DNA from: Candidatus Saccharimonadota bacterium
GTDB lineage: Bacteria; Patescibacteriota; Gracilibacteria; UBA1369; 2-02-FULL-48-14
NCBI GenBank assembly: GCA_041661045.1
Contig: JBAZVE010000001.1
Location: 840,001 to 872,000 of the forward strand
Direction: 5' to 3'
Length of the DNA: 32,000 nucleotides
Both the position numbers and the translations under genes were made by a program. The first letter of the stretch is position 1. Each line of letters opens with the position of its first letter. The notes beneath the pieces were generated by a model. The model was not told the DNA's origin and did not search any database. It saw nothing but the letters and a program-made list of their open reading frames with translations. Positions 15,806 to 25,392 of this stretch are shown in pieces.

Positions 15806-17911
15806 CTATTCCTCAAGCTGAATGATCATAGGCAAATTTGACCTTACTGCTTTCCCTGTAATGATGGCGTGATACCGTTTCAAGTTTGGAAGTGTCTTAA
15901 CCAAGTTTTGTCCGATATAGTTTCCTAAAAATGTAAAACTCGTTTCATCAAAAGCTTGAAAACAAATGACGGTGTTACACTGAGTCAAAACCGTTTTGGA
16001 AACGTTTGCTGTTCGTTGTGCAATGACAAGCAATCCAACACCATACTTTCTTCCCTGTAATGCAATCTGACTCATCTTACTTACAAGTGCTTTACTGCTA
16101 CCATAATCGCCTAAATCTCCTAGGAAGTTTGTCTCTGGTATTATCGTGTGAGCTTCTTCGAGCACAATACATATTTTCTGTCCGCGATGCTGTTTTGCAT
16201 AAGAGAAGACTGCCTCTAAAAACAACTGAGTGAATTCCAAAACGAACATCGTATTAGACAGTTCAGGGAGCTCAAAAAGTGCAATTTTATCTTTTGACTC
16301 GATAAACGTTTTCACATAGCCCCCAAGTTTTTCATTGATCTTCTTTTTGTACTCTAAAAGTTTGGTTTTGTCCGCATTTCTCGAGCTAGCCTCAGTCTCT
16401 TTTTGTGCGATATCTGCTTCAAGTTGACTCAGATCTGACGTGCCGATTAATGCCACTGGATTCAAACTAGACATGCTTGTTTTCCACTCACCAGTAAAAT
16501 CAACACAAATAACTTTAGTATCTTGAGACAACTCTCGAATGATTTTACGCGCTAAGTGAGACTTACCAGATCCTGTTACCCCTAACAATGCCGTATGATG
16601 ACTTACAGCTTCGTTAAGATCCAATACCGACGGTAACGTTGTTCCTGGTATTATGCCGATCTTATAATCTGGGTATTGAAGTGCCGCCACATCAATATTT
16701 GAAGTATCAGCTTTGAAGACAGGTGTATTGATCGGTGGCACCCATCCAAATTTTTGAAAAGACAGGTCAGATGACTGCCATTCACCTAATTGAATAGCTT
16801 CGCCTCTGATATATCCCATTTCATTTCTACCCTCGAGATGTTCTCTTTGTGTTAGTCCACCAAAAACCTGATAAAACAATCTTTTATCTCCAATTTTTAA
16901 CTCAAGCAGGTCACCTTCCTGTAGGTCATCCTCCTTTTTCGAATACTCGAACTGTATCCGACCAATCTCTGACCCCTCTATAATGACACCGACAAAGTTC
17001 CGTATATTCAGCTGTTCACTTAAGGCTTGTTTCTCTTCGGCGTTAGTAATTTTATAAACGATATTATTATCAGATTTCTTTCTTTTCTCCTCGATCTCTC
17101 CTAACTGCAGTACTTTCGCCCATTTCTCTTGATTCAATAGGTAGGTATCAAAAACTATTCCAGACATAACATACTCATTTGAAGCTTGCATTGAGTATTT
17201 ACATTTGACCAGGTCGAACTTTTTTATGGATTTGCGATCCTCGTGCAATCTTACCAAAAACATTTTTTTTGACTGAACACCAAAAATAACTCCGATTTCG
17301 TCTGCATCCTTAACCTTTCTTCTGATAGAAAAAGTATTGGTCAGCTCATTGGGGTCTATAGCCATAATGATCCCCCATAAAACAAGTAAGAACATGAACT
17401 GCCCCGCAAAAATTTTACTAAGCCCATCTGCATCTATATTTACATATAGGAAAAGAAAAAATACTGCAGAGTAGATTACTTTCCCCTTTCCGATTATAAC
17501 CGCCAGATTTTTTAAGAAATCTGCTGTTTTATTTCTTATATGGTCAGGACTTTTATTCTCATCTTGAAGCCCAATTGAAATGAGAGATATAGAGAGTGCT
17601 AGTAAAAGTATCACAACTGCTATCCACCATAAGGGCTTATTGATAAAGTTGCTCTCTACAGAGAGAAAAACCAATAAAAGTGGTATCACATTTGTGATTA
17701 CATTTCTTGGTGAAGAATAATATGGCTCAATAAATAAAACTGAAAAGAGAACCATAAAAATTCCCGAATAAAACCAAAGATCTTCAGTCTGAGTGCTTGG
17801 TAAAAAACTTTTTGAAAAATAATAATTTGATACGATGAAAACTCCGATGAATATAAAAAATAGGAAGAACCTGTTTTTCAGCAATTTTCTGATCAACTCC
17901 ATACAAGACAC
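15806..17911 (-). CDS. membrane-anchored HerA/FtsK-superfamily (DUF87-like) ATPase
   Basis: 701 aa. The first ~190 aa hold roughly six hydrophobic helices. A central barrel-like region follows. The C-terminus has Walker A GVTGSGKSH, Walker B ICIVLEEAH and LLVIAQRTANVSKTVLTQCNTVICFQ. The start (GTG 17911 or ATG 17902) is 2-11 nt from the upstream stop. Confidence 0.75.
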   Translation of the reverse strand: MSCMELIRKLLKNRFFLFFIFIGVFIVSNYYFSKSFLPSTQTEDLWFYSGIFMVLFSVLFIEPYYSSPRNVITNVIPLLLVFLSVESNFINKPLWWIAVVILLLALSISLISIGLQDENKSPDHIRNKTADFLKNLAVIIGKGKVIYSAVFFLFLYVNIDADGLSKIFAGQFMFLLVLWGIIMAIDPNELTNTFSIRRKVKDADEIGVIFGVQSKKMFLVRLHEDRKSIKKFDLVKCKYSMQASNEYVMSGIVFDTYLLNQEKWAKVLQLGEIEEKRKKSDNNIVYKITNAEEKQALSEQLNIRNFVGVIIEGSEIGRIQFEYSKKEDDLQEGDLLELKIGDKRLFYQVFGGLTQREHLEGRNEMGYIRGEAIQLGEWQSSDLSFQKFGWVPPINTPVFKADTSNIDVAALQYPDYKIGIIPGTTLPSVLDLNEAVSHHTALLGVTGSGKSHLARKIIRELSQDTKVICVDFTGEWKTSMSSLNPVALIGTSDLSQLEADIAQKETEASSRNADKTKLLEYKKKINEKLGGYVKTFIESKDKIALFELPELSNTMFVLEFTQLFLEAVFSYAKQHRGQKICIVLEEAHTIIPETNFLGDLGDYGSSKALVSKMSQIALQGRKYGVGLLVIAQRTANVSKTVLTQCNTVICFQAFDETSFTFLGNYIGQNLVKTLPNLKRYHAIITGKAVRSNLPMIIQLEE

Positions 17912-17913
17912 TG

Positions 17914-20900
17914 TTAAAAACTACCTGTTTTATTCATTTTTTCCATGAGTTGGATCGTCTCATGAATTGCGGACGCCATCCTTTGATAGTGTTCAATGTC
18001 TTCTCTTGATAGCGATCTTCCACGGCGATCTTTTAGCCATTTTTGGAGTGGCTGATAGCCTCCGATAGAGAATCCCCAAGCTTCTTTAGATATATTTCCA
18101 AAGAACTGCTTATCGTTCATGAAAATATTTTTATCTTTAAATTTTGGATATCCGTCTTCAACAATGTCGTTACCTGTGATCTGAAAAGTTGTACTTAACT
18201 GATCCAATAATTTAGATTTGAGAAGATGCAACTCACGAAGTTCACTCCCAATTTTTGCAAACATGTGAAAATCCGCTTTATTTTTAGGATAAGGTATTTT
18301 TGGAAAATCAATTTTTAAAAAATCTAGATATCTCTTCCTGTATGGAGGGGCATGTAGTACGCCATAGACGTAATCCAAAATTTCTAATGGAGCAACCTGT
18401 CCAGCGATTCCAACAATTTTATTGAAAATATTTTGATTAATATTAGTCACGCGTTCACTCCCTTGAGAGTACAGATAGAGTGGGAATGTTTGACCACCAC
18501 CTCTTCTGAATATATTCAAATCTGTTGGAGAGTCGGAAATAAATGCTACATCCCATTCCTCAATATTTGCAGTTTTTCCTTGTCGTCCAAAAACTAGGGC
18601 GACATTGTCTTTGTCTATGAGATGAGACATGGTTTCGTACCTGGGATATGCAATAAACCCTTTCGATGATTTCGTTAGCAACGTATAGCGTGTATCAAAT
18701 GGGCGGTAACAAAATTTTGAAATACTGCCTTCATCTGATTTCACACTTTCTACTGCGACATCGATTCTCCAATCTCGTGTCTCATAAAGAGAATATTTTA
18801 CGATAAGATCCTTTTTCTCCATATATCTAAAATCAGCAGCGACCTTTTCCAAGCCCTCTTTGTCAAAGTGCACCGTTAAGTCGTCACGAAAAGTTGCTAT
18901 CCCGACACTATTGATTGGAAACAGCTCTGTGACAGAGAAGCCCTCATCATATTTCTCCTTAACTTCATCATTAAAAGGGATGAAATACAGATTTGGTGCC
19001 TTGGGATTTATTCGTACCCATTTCATTTCTGCCCAGCTATTTCCATCTAAAAGTTCATATTTTAAATCCTGCCGTCCAAAAAAATCCGCATGATATACTT
19101 CTGCTTTTTTATTCACTGATTTCTGATTTTTGACTGCAAACAATATTGCCGTCCCAGTTCTTATTCCAAAAACATTTCCGTCTTTTCCTCCGTCAGGAGC
19201 TCTCTCTTTTTTGTTTAAGTTGCCATGTAAATCTAAGATGTAGATCTCATCGAAGGTTTCCATCAAATGCCAACGCATGCCTCGAAAAGTTGGGTTATCA
19301 AGATAACCATGCGGTGTAATAAAACTCACGATTCCTTCACCAGTTTTTTGGATTTGATTCTCGGCAAAATGAATGAACTTCACATAATCGTCGTTGATCC
19401 ATTTTGAGTTTTTCTCTTGCAGTTTCACAAGACCTCCAGGTTCAACCTTGTAAACATCGTGACCTGAATAGTTTTTGTTAAAACTTTCACCAGAGTACGG
19501 AGGATTCCCCAAAACCACCATGATTGGCATCTCAGATTTTATCTTTGAAGCTTCGTGCGATTCTTCTGTAAGCCACTGACTCATGAAAAGATTTGGGACT
19601 TCGTGAACAGATTCTTCTAAGCTATTGGTGAGCCAGACTGACAGTCTTTCGTCTCCACTGTAGCCCAACTCTTTCAGGGTCACGCCTAATTTCAGATGGG
19701 CCATTGTGTAACTAGCCATCATCAACTCAAAGCCATGAATTCGTGGGAGCAGATGATCTTTCACATAGGACGGCCACAAACCTTCTTGGCCTTTGAAAGA
19801 TTTGAAAATCACATTGATGACCTCATTTAAAAAGGTTCCTGTGCCAACGGCAGGGTCAAGAACTTGCACTCTATGAATCTGGTTTTTCTTTCTTTTAATC
19901 CCATCTTTTCTTCGAGCATCTTCGCCTTGAAGCTTCTCTTGATGGTCAATCATACTTGTATCTGCTAAACCCTTTGGCAAATTGAATTTAGATTTCAAGA
20001 TTTCATCAACGGATCTCACGATGAACGAAACAACAGGCTCTGGGGTGTAATAGACTCCTCGATTTTTACGCAGCCCTTTGTCGTATTCAGCCAGAAATGT
20101 TTCGTAAAAGTGAAGGACGGGGTCTTTTTGCTTCGTAGCGAATTCCTTATGCATCAGTTCATACACATTTGCGCTCAGATATGCTTCGACTAGACTATCT
20201 ACTAACCATGCTATTTTTGGGTCATAATCCGTACCTGCTACGTGTCCGAAGAATTTTTTCAACAAAGGGTTTGAGGCTGGCAATAGGTCTTGAGCTTCAT
20301 GCCTTGAAAAGGTTTTGATTGTCGAATCGTAGTATCGAGCTACGAATAAGCCATAAACCAGAGTCTGTGCGTACATGTCTGCAAACTCTTGTTCGGAAAG
20401 CTCTCTAATAAGTACTTCTTTAAAAGTTTTGTACTGTGCGTAAATGTCCGAATCAGGATTTTCAGTCAGAGAAGCCAGCGCATTATCTCTCAAAATTCGT
20501 GCCTTACTTGCCATGATTTCTGCCAGTTTCCTTGCGGATCTAATCGTGCGATGAAACGGAGTGATGTAGTCCTGAATAATGTTCGCAAAACGCTCAAATT
20601 CTGACTGTCTGGCTATGATTTGATCACCGTTTTTATCTGCAATGGAAATCGCAACCACTTCACCCTCCTCACTTAAAATTTGGAAATCAAAATAATTCGT
20701 AAGCAAAATCCTTCCGAATGCTGCAACGTATCGGTTTGCCTGTTTCTGAACTTCTGAATTGGCGATATCAACCGTTACATCCTTACACTCAGCATAGGCT
20801 ACTGGAGTTGCTCCGCTCTTGAATAAAAAATCGGGAGCGTTACCTCCCGTGTAGGCTGGCTCATTGATCACTTGAATTTCTGGCTTCAGTCCTTGAATCA

Positions 20901-21006
20901 ACCTTTGAAAGGCTGGCCTATAAGCATGCTCACGCGCATCTCCAGACTGGAGTATTTTCTGTATCTCAACAAGATACTCGTGGATTATTTTATTTGAGTC
21001 AGCCAT
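17914..21006 (-). CDS. type IIG-like fused restriction endonuclease / N6-adenine DNA methyltransferase with a type ISP/MmeI-like C-terminal specificity region
   Basis: 1030 aa. The N-terminus has a PD-x13-ExK motif (APDFLFKSGATPVAYAECKD). MTase motif I (VLDPAVGTGTFL) precedes motif IV (VLGNPPYSGE), the gamma-class order. The C-terminal FSIGGYQPLQKWLKDRRGR pattern is as seen in MmeI/type ISP/YeeA-like enzymes. Confidence 0.85.
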   Translation of the reverse strand: MADSNKIIHEYLVEIQKILQSGDAREHAYRPAFQRLIQGLKPEIQVINEPAYTGGNAPDFLFKSGATPVAYAECKDVTVDIANSEVQKQANRYVAAFGRILLTNYFDFQILSEEGEVVAISIADKNGDQIIARQSEFERFANIIQDYITPFHRTIRSARKLAEIMASKARILRDNALASLTENPDSDIYAQYKTFKEVLIRELSEQEFADMYAQTLVYGLFVARYYDSTIKTFSRHEAQDLLPASNPLLKKFFGHVAGTDYDPKIAWLVDSLVEAYLSANVYELMHKEFATKQKDPVLHFYETFLAEYDKGLRKNRGVYYTPEPVVSFIVRSVDEILKSKFNLPKGLADTSMIDHQEKLQGEDARRKDGIKRKKNQIHRVQVLDPAVGTGTFLNEVINVIFKSFKGQEGLWPSYVKDHLLPRIHGFELMMASYTMAHLKLGVTLKELGYSGDERLSVWLTNSLEESVHEVPNLFMSQWLTEESHEASKIKSEMPIMVVLGNPPYSGESFNKNYSGHDVYKVEPGGLVKLQEKNSKWINDDYVKFIHFAENQIQKTGEGIVSFITPHGYLDNPTFRGMRWHLMETFDEIYILDLHGNLNKKERAPDGGKDGNVFGIRTGTAILFAVKNQKSVNKKAEVYHADFFGRQDLKYELLDGNSWAEMKWVRINPKAPNLYFIPFNDEVKEKYDEGFSVTELFPINSVGIATFRDDLTVHFDKEGLEKVAADFRYMEKKDLIVKYSLYETRDWRIDVAVESVKSDEGSISKFCYRPFDTRYTLLTKSSKGFIAYPRYETMSHLIDKDNVALVFGRQGKTANIEEWDVAFISDSPTDLNIFRRGGGQTFPLYLYSQGSERVTNINQNIFNKIVGIAGQVAPLEILDYVYGVLHAPPYRKRYLDFLKIDFPKIPYPKNKADFHMFAKIGSELRELHLLKSKLLDQLSTTFQITGNDIVEDGYPKFKDKNIFMNDKQFFGNISKEAWGFSIGGYQPLQKWLKDRRGRSLSREDIEHYQRMASAIHETIQLMEKMNKTGSF

Positions 21007-21081
21007 GTTGGTTTAGTTTGCTCCTGTACTTTAGATCAAATCATCTGGAATTTAAAGCGCATCAAGTCTTGCTACACAACA

Positions 21082-22599
21082 ATGACCTTTTTTGCTAAGC
21101 TCAACTCAATGAAAATCACCGCTTCCCACCTCTACAACTACAACGCTTGCCCACATCGGGTATGGCGAGATGCCCACGATAATCCAAATCTGAGGGATGA
21201 TCCGAATGAATTTGTTCAGCTTCTTTGGGAGAAAGGGACTCAATACGAACAGCAAGTTTTAGATGGGATGAAAGGTGAGCGTACGGTTTTGGATCTGTCC
21301 GTTGTCCCAAAAGATGACCGAGCAAAGGCAACATTGGATGCGATGGCTAAGAAAGAGCCCCTTATCTATCACGGTCGTTTGGAAGTCGATGAGCTTTTAG
21401 GAGAACCTGACCTTTTGGAGTTGCAACCGAACAATGAGTACGTTGCCATTGATATCAAATCGGGAATGGGAGTTGAGGGTGGAGATGATTTTGAAGAAGG
21501 AAAACTGAAAAAACACTATGCCCTTCAGTTGGCACTCTACACGGATGCATTGAGGAGGCTTGGGGTTGCCACTCACTACCTTGGAAAAATTTATGATAGT
21601 ACTGGTCAATTGGTTGAATATCGTCTCGATCAAGCTCGAGGAGTGAAAGCAAAAGAAACGTGGTGGGAATTTTACGAAGAAGCCCTCATGCATGCTGGCA
21701 ATATTCTAAAAGGTTCAATTCACACAAAGGCCGCTCTCGGGAGCGTTTGTAAGATGTGCGTCTGGTACACCGACTGTAAAAAGACGTGTATACAGGATGA
21801 TTATCTTTCGCTTATTCCAGAACTGGGTCGTGCCAAACAAGATGCTTTAGAGGCCATTGCCACTACGGTTCGTGAACTTGCAGATTTAGACCCTGCAGAC
21901 TTCATTGATGCAAATGGGAAAGTAGATTTACCTGGCATTGGAAAGCCTACTTTGGAGAAATTCCACAGAAGGGCTCAGCTCTTGGCTGATGGAGTGAAGG
22001 AAGTTCAAATCCTTGTACCTTTTACCCTGCCAGAGCGTCCAATTGAGCTTTACTTCGATATTGAGACGGATCCCACTCAAGACCTTGTTTATTTGCATGG
22101 AGTGGTTGAAAGACGTATGGATGCGCCCGATAAAACAAAGTTCCACGCTTTCCTTGCAAAAGGAGTGAGTAAAGCTGATGAACGTTTGGCCTGGGAAGAA
22201 TTCTGGGCATACATCCGTTCTTTGCCAGACGCTTATGCCGTTTACTATTACAGCAAGTATGAGCGCACACAGTTCCGAGCTTTAAGAGCAAAATACCCGA
22301 GTGTTATTACAGAGGAAGAATTGGAGCACTTTTTTGACAACGAGGCTTCAATTGACCTGTATGAATATGTGAAGAAATTTACCGAGTGGCCTACATACAA
22401 TTACTCCGTCAAAACACTCGCTCAATTTTTAGGATTCAAATGGCGAGATGCCAATCCATCTGGGGCTGCCTCCATCCAATGGTTCAACGAATGGTACAAA
22501 GATCAAACTCAAGACAAGATGCAACGCATCCTCGACTATAACGAAGATGATTGCATCGCCATGTTGGTATTGAAGGATGAGCTTTTTAAGCGCATCTAA
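21082..22599 (+). CDS. RecB-family nuclease, TM0106-like (Cas4-like Fe-S nuclease domain fused to an RNase H-fold exonuclease-like domain)
   Basis: 505 aa. The N-terminal part has YNACPHRVW, DIKSG, YALQLALY and CKMCVWYTDC (Cx2Cx5C plus an N-terminal Cys, a Cas4/AddB-type cluster pattern). The C-terminal part has YFDIETDP, YYYSKYE and DYNEDDC (DEDD-like). The start may be the ATG at 21109. Confidence 0.8.
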   Translation: MTFFAKLNSMKITASHLYNYNACPHRVWRDAHDNPNLRDDPNEFVQLLWEKGTQYEQQVLDGMKGERTVLDLSVVPKDDRAKATLDAMAKKEPLIYHGRLEVDELLGEPDLLELQPNNEYVAIDIKSGMGVEGGDDFEEGKLKKHYALQLALYTDALRRLGVATHYLGKIYDSTGQLVEYRLDQARGVKAKETWWEFYEEALMHAGNILKGSIHTKAALGSVCKMCVWYTDCKKTCIQDDYLSLIPELGRAKQDALEAIATTVRELADLDPADFIDANGKVDLPGIGKPTLEKFHRRAQLLADGVKEVQILVPFTLPERPIELYFDIETDPTQDLVYLHGVVERRMDAPDKTKFHAFLAKGVSKADERLAWEEFWAYIRSLPDAYAVYYYSKYERTQFRALRAKYPSVITEEELEHFFDNEASIDLYEYVKKFTEWPTYNYSVKTLAQFLGFKWRDANPSGAASIQWFNEWYKDQTQDKMQRILDYNEDDCIAMLVLKDELFKRI

Positions 22600-23666
22600 G
22601 CTCGGGCGAAGTTCTCCAATGCTTTGATGATCTTATCGCAGTTGGAAACGACTTCGTCTGTTTTTAGGTAGAGGTCTGAGAAGCTCTGAGGATTGATCCG
22701 TACCACTGAAGTCACATTTGCCTCCTTTAGCGCTTCGTACAGTTTTTGTTTTTGAGTATTGTCGCTGAGGTAGTTGAAATAGAAGACCGCCTTGCCATCG
22801 GAGCCGAGTGTGAAGAATGCTCTTGGAGAAATCGAGGAGAATCTGGGTTTGATGGAGCCAACTTTTACACCCGTTCCAAGTTCCATTTCATCCGCATTCC
22901 TTTTCAAGAATTCATAAATTTTCAAAAAGCAGTCGTACTCATTTTTGTTCAACCTTTGTTTAGCATCCATCATGAGTTCTTCCATGCTCCAGCCTCTTTT
23001 AGCCCCGCTCGATGTTTTTACGGTTATGTCTTTTTTTACTTCGGCACCGAAGAGTCTCGGGATAATGATTTCGAAGGCATCGTGCTTGTAATACTCCAGC
23101 TCTACCGCATACACATCAAATTGACTGTTCTGGTTTAAGAAAACGATCAAGTCTTTGAGTCTCTGGTGGAGTTTATCCATGAGCACTACGAATTTGAAAT
23201 TTCCTTCATTGAGGTTGTTTTTCACATTGTCCCAGAAATTTGCCACCTCCTCTTGCTCGAAACCGAAGAATTCTTTCAATTTATCTTCCACTGGCATGTT
23301 GAAAAATTGCTTGCTTGCGTGATCTATTTCAGAAATGAATTGAGCAAGATTGCTCCCGTTCTTCCAAAGGGAAGCACCGTAATCCAGGACTTGGGCTACG
23401 ACCGTGCGTTTATCGGCGTTTTTATAAAGTTTCGTTTCCACTAGGTAGAGGTTACCTTCTGCATCCACGCCTAGAGCGTCGATAGGTCCACTGTTTGTTG
23501 GGTACTCACGAATGAGGATTAGGAGTTGAATATCTTCTTTGATGTCGTATAGCGGAATGGAGCTTGGATTCTCATAAATATAGCGTTGCAGGTGATCCTC
23601 CCGATCGAAGTTGGACTGCTGTATTTTTTGTGCGTTCTTCCCTGATTGAGATACGATGATAGTCAT
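22596..23666 (-). CDS. NucS/DUF91-like PD-(D/E)xK nuclease-domain protein with a C-terminal extension
   Basis: GPIDALGVDAEGNLYLVETKLYKNADKRTVVAQVLDY fits the D...ExK...Q..Y pattern. The track start is GTG 23714, but that would run into a terminator-like hairpin, so the ATG at 23666 (MTIIVSQ...) is preferred. Confidence 0.6.
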   Translation of the reverse strand: MTIIVSQSGKNAQKIQQSNFDREDHLQRYIYENPSSIPLYDIKEDIQLLILIREYPTNSGPIDALGVDAEGNLYLVETKLYKNADKRTVVAQVLDYGASLWKNGSNLAQFISEIDHASKQFFNMPVEDKLKEFFGFEQEEVANFWDNVKNNLNEGNFKFVVLMDKLHQRLKDLIVFLNQNSQFDVYAVELEYYKHDAFEIIIPRLFGAEVKKDITVKTSSGAKRGWSMEELMMDAKQRLNKNEYDCFLKIYEFLKRNADEMELGTGVKVGSIKPRFSSISPRAFFTLGSDGKAVFYFNYLSDNTQKQKLYEALKEANVTSVVRINPQSFSDLYLKTDEVVSNCDKIIKALENFARA

Positions 23667-23678
23667 ATTTTTTGATTT

Positions 23679-23811
23679 AAAAACAAAAGGGACAACCTGA
23701 CTTGGCAGTCCCACATTCTTGGCTCACACAGAGTCAATTCAGCGGGCAAGTAGGTTGCCCCAGCTTGCACTGAATTGACATATAAATATGTGTGAGAATG
23801 GATTGTGGGAC
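23679..23811 (-). promoter_or_regulatory. candidate structured leader / attenuator (or long imperfect palindrome)
   Basis: Four nested perfect helices: 23708-15/23804-11 (8 bp), 23723-30/23789-96 (8 bp), 23733-42/23770-79 (10 bp) and 23744-49/23755-60 (6 bp). On the minus strand the outer 3' arm can instead pair with GTCCC (23693-23689), which is followed by TTTTGTTTTT. Confidence 0.35.
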
Positions 23812-23910
23812 TGCGTGCGTATCCTACAACACTCGACCTCAGTTGGGAATGGCTTTGCATCCGTATCAGGTTAAATCCCAACACATAGATGCCAGAACCA
23901 CGGCGAATAG

Positions 23911-25392
23911 CTAGTGCCTAAAGCGAATTAAGTTCCCACCTTCACTCGTTCTGGTGAATGCACCATAGAACTGGTGGGTAACGTTGATGAGCATGGAAAT
24001 GGCGTCTGGCAAATCGTCATGCTTCAATCCCTCGTGGAAGTTGAGTAGCTGACGGAGCGGATGATTGTACTTTTGTGGGAAAAACACGTGCCCTTGTTCC
24101 ATCGGGAAGGTGGCAGCCTGCAAACGACCCACTTTATCCGTCGATAGGTTCTTCTCCCTGTATACGGAGACATCTCCGTACTCAAACAACGCCGTTTCGA
24201 TATTGCTTGCAAGCAAGTCCTGCGCCCCGTTGGATTCTACGATGATTTTGATCGTTAAAGTACGTTTTTGACCGTATTTATCGATGAACCATTTTAATTT
24301 TTGGATTAGATCGGGTACAGAAATTCTTCTTTCTAAATATTTTGGTAAGAAATGTATTTCGTATCGCCCCTTAACGATATAAACGTAGGCGGCTACTACG
24401 GCCGTGAAGTCAGCGCTTTCTTTCAAGGAAAAGGCAGGATCTATGGAAATCACCATTTCCTCCAAGTGATAGTCAGCTCTACTCGGCAACTCATCTTCTC
24501 TTTTTATCCATTTTGGTTGGACGATCATGTCGTACCCAGAACTTGGTATCAGCAGGTACTCTCTGTTGAACATGAGCGTTCCACCAACTTTTAATCGGAC
24601 TTGTTCCATTTTGTTGTCTGGAAATTTTTCAGGCCAACGGGATTTTCCATTTTTATCCAGCAGTGGAATTTTGAGGAAGAGACCTTCGTTCCCCTTATCC
24701 ACCAAGTTGTGCTTTAGCCTCAGAAGATAGGACTCGTCATGGATAAGATTTCCCACAAAGAAGAAGCGTGTCCTTTGGTTGTGTCCCGCTGGCATTAGAT
24801 CCGCTAGTATTTTTTGATACATTTTGTCACGAATCTCTTGGGATCGTACCGAGTCAACGTCTTCAAGGTCATCACAAATGATGAGTTCGGGACGGTGGCG
24901 TCCGAACTTGATTCCACGGTAGCCCTGATTCTGAGAGACAATTGTTATCCTTGCACCGTAGTAAGTGAGATCAATGTCCGTACTGGACCACGTTTGACCC
25001 TGACCATTCTTTTCAATTTTAAACGGCCCAAGATCTTGTTTTAAAAGTTCATTCGTCTCCAATTCGATCTGTATGTTTTTTAAATAACGCTCTGCTTGGT
25101 CTTTAGTTTTTGCAACGATTAAAACAAACTTAAGTCCTTGAACGCCCATGATTGACCACAGTGGGAAGCAGGTTGTGAAAACCGTGGTTTTGGCCGACTC
25201 ACGAAATGCACTTACAATCACGTACTTGAACTTGGTTTCTTCGCAAGCGTCGAAGTAAGTCTGGTGGAAAGGTGCAAAATCGTACTCCATGTGTTCATGG
25301 AAGTAGACGGACATGTACGCTTTGATGGAGTGACGAGTGAGTTCTTTTCGGATTTTTGTGGTTTTTAATGCTTCAAAAAGAAAGTCATTCAT
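23911..25392 (-). CDS. terL: phage terminase large subunit
   Basis: 493 aa. Walker A-like SAFRESAKTT and Walker B ELIICDDLED. The C-terminal RNase H-like nuclease region has acidic motifs (ISIDPAFS, DDLPDAISM). Confidence 0.85.
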   Translation of the reverse strand: MNDFLFEALKTTKIRKELTRHSIKAYMSVYFHEHMEYDFAPFHQTYFDACEETKFKYVIVSAFRESAKTTVFTTCFPLWSIMGVQGLKFVLIVAKTKDQAERYLKNIQIELETNELLKQDLGPFKIEKNGQGQTWSSTDIDLTYYGARITIVSQNQGYRGIKFGRHRPELIICDDLEDVDSVRSQEIRDKMYQKILADLMPAGHNQRTRFFFVGNLIHDESYLLRLKHNLVDKGNEGLFLKIPLLDKNGKSRWPEKFPDNKMEQVRLKVGGTLMFNREYLLIPSSGYDMIVQPKWIKREDELPSRADYHLEEMVISIDPAFSLKESADFTAVVAAYVYIVKGRYEIHFLPKYLERRISVPDLIQKLKWFIDKYGQKRTLTIKIIVESNGAQDLLASNIETALFEYGDVSVYREKNLSTDKVGRLQAATFPMEQGHVFFPQKYNHPLRQLLNFHEGLKHDDLPDAISMLINVTHQFYGAFTRTSEGGNLIRFRH

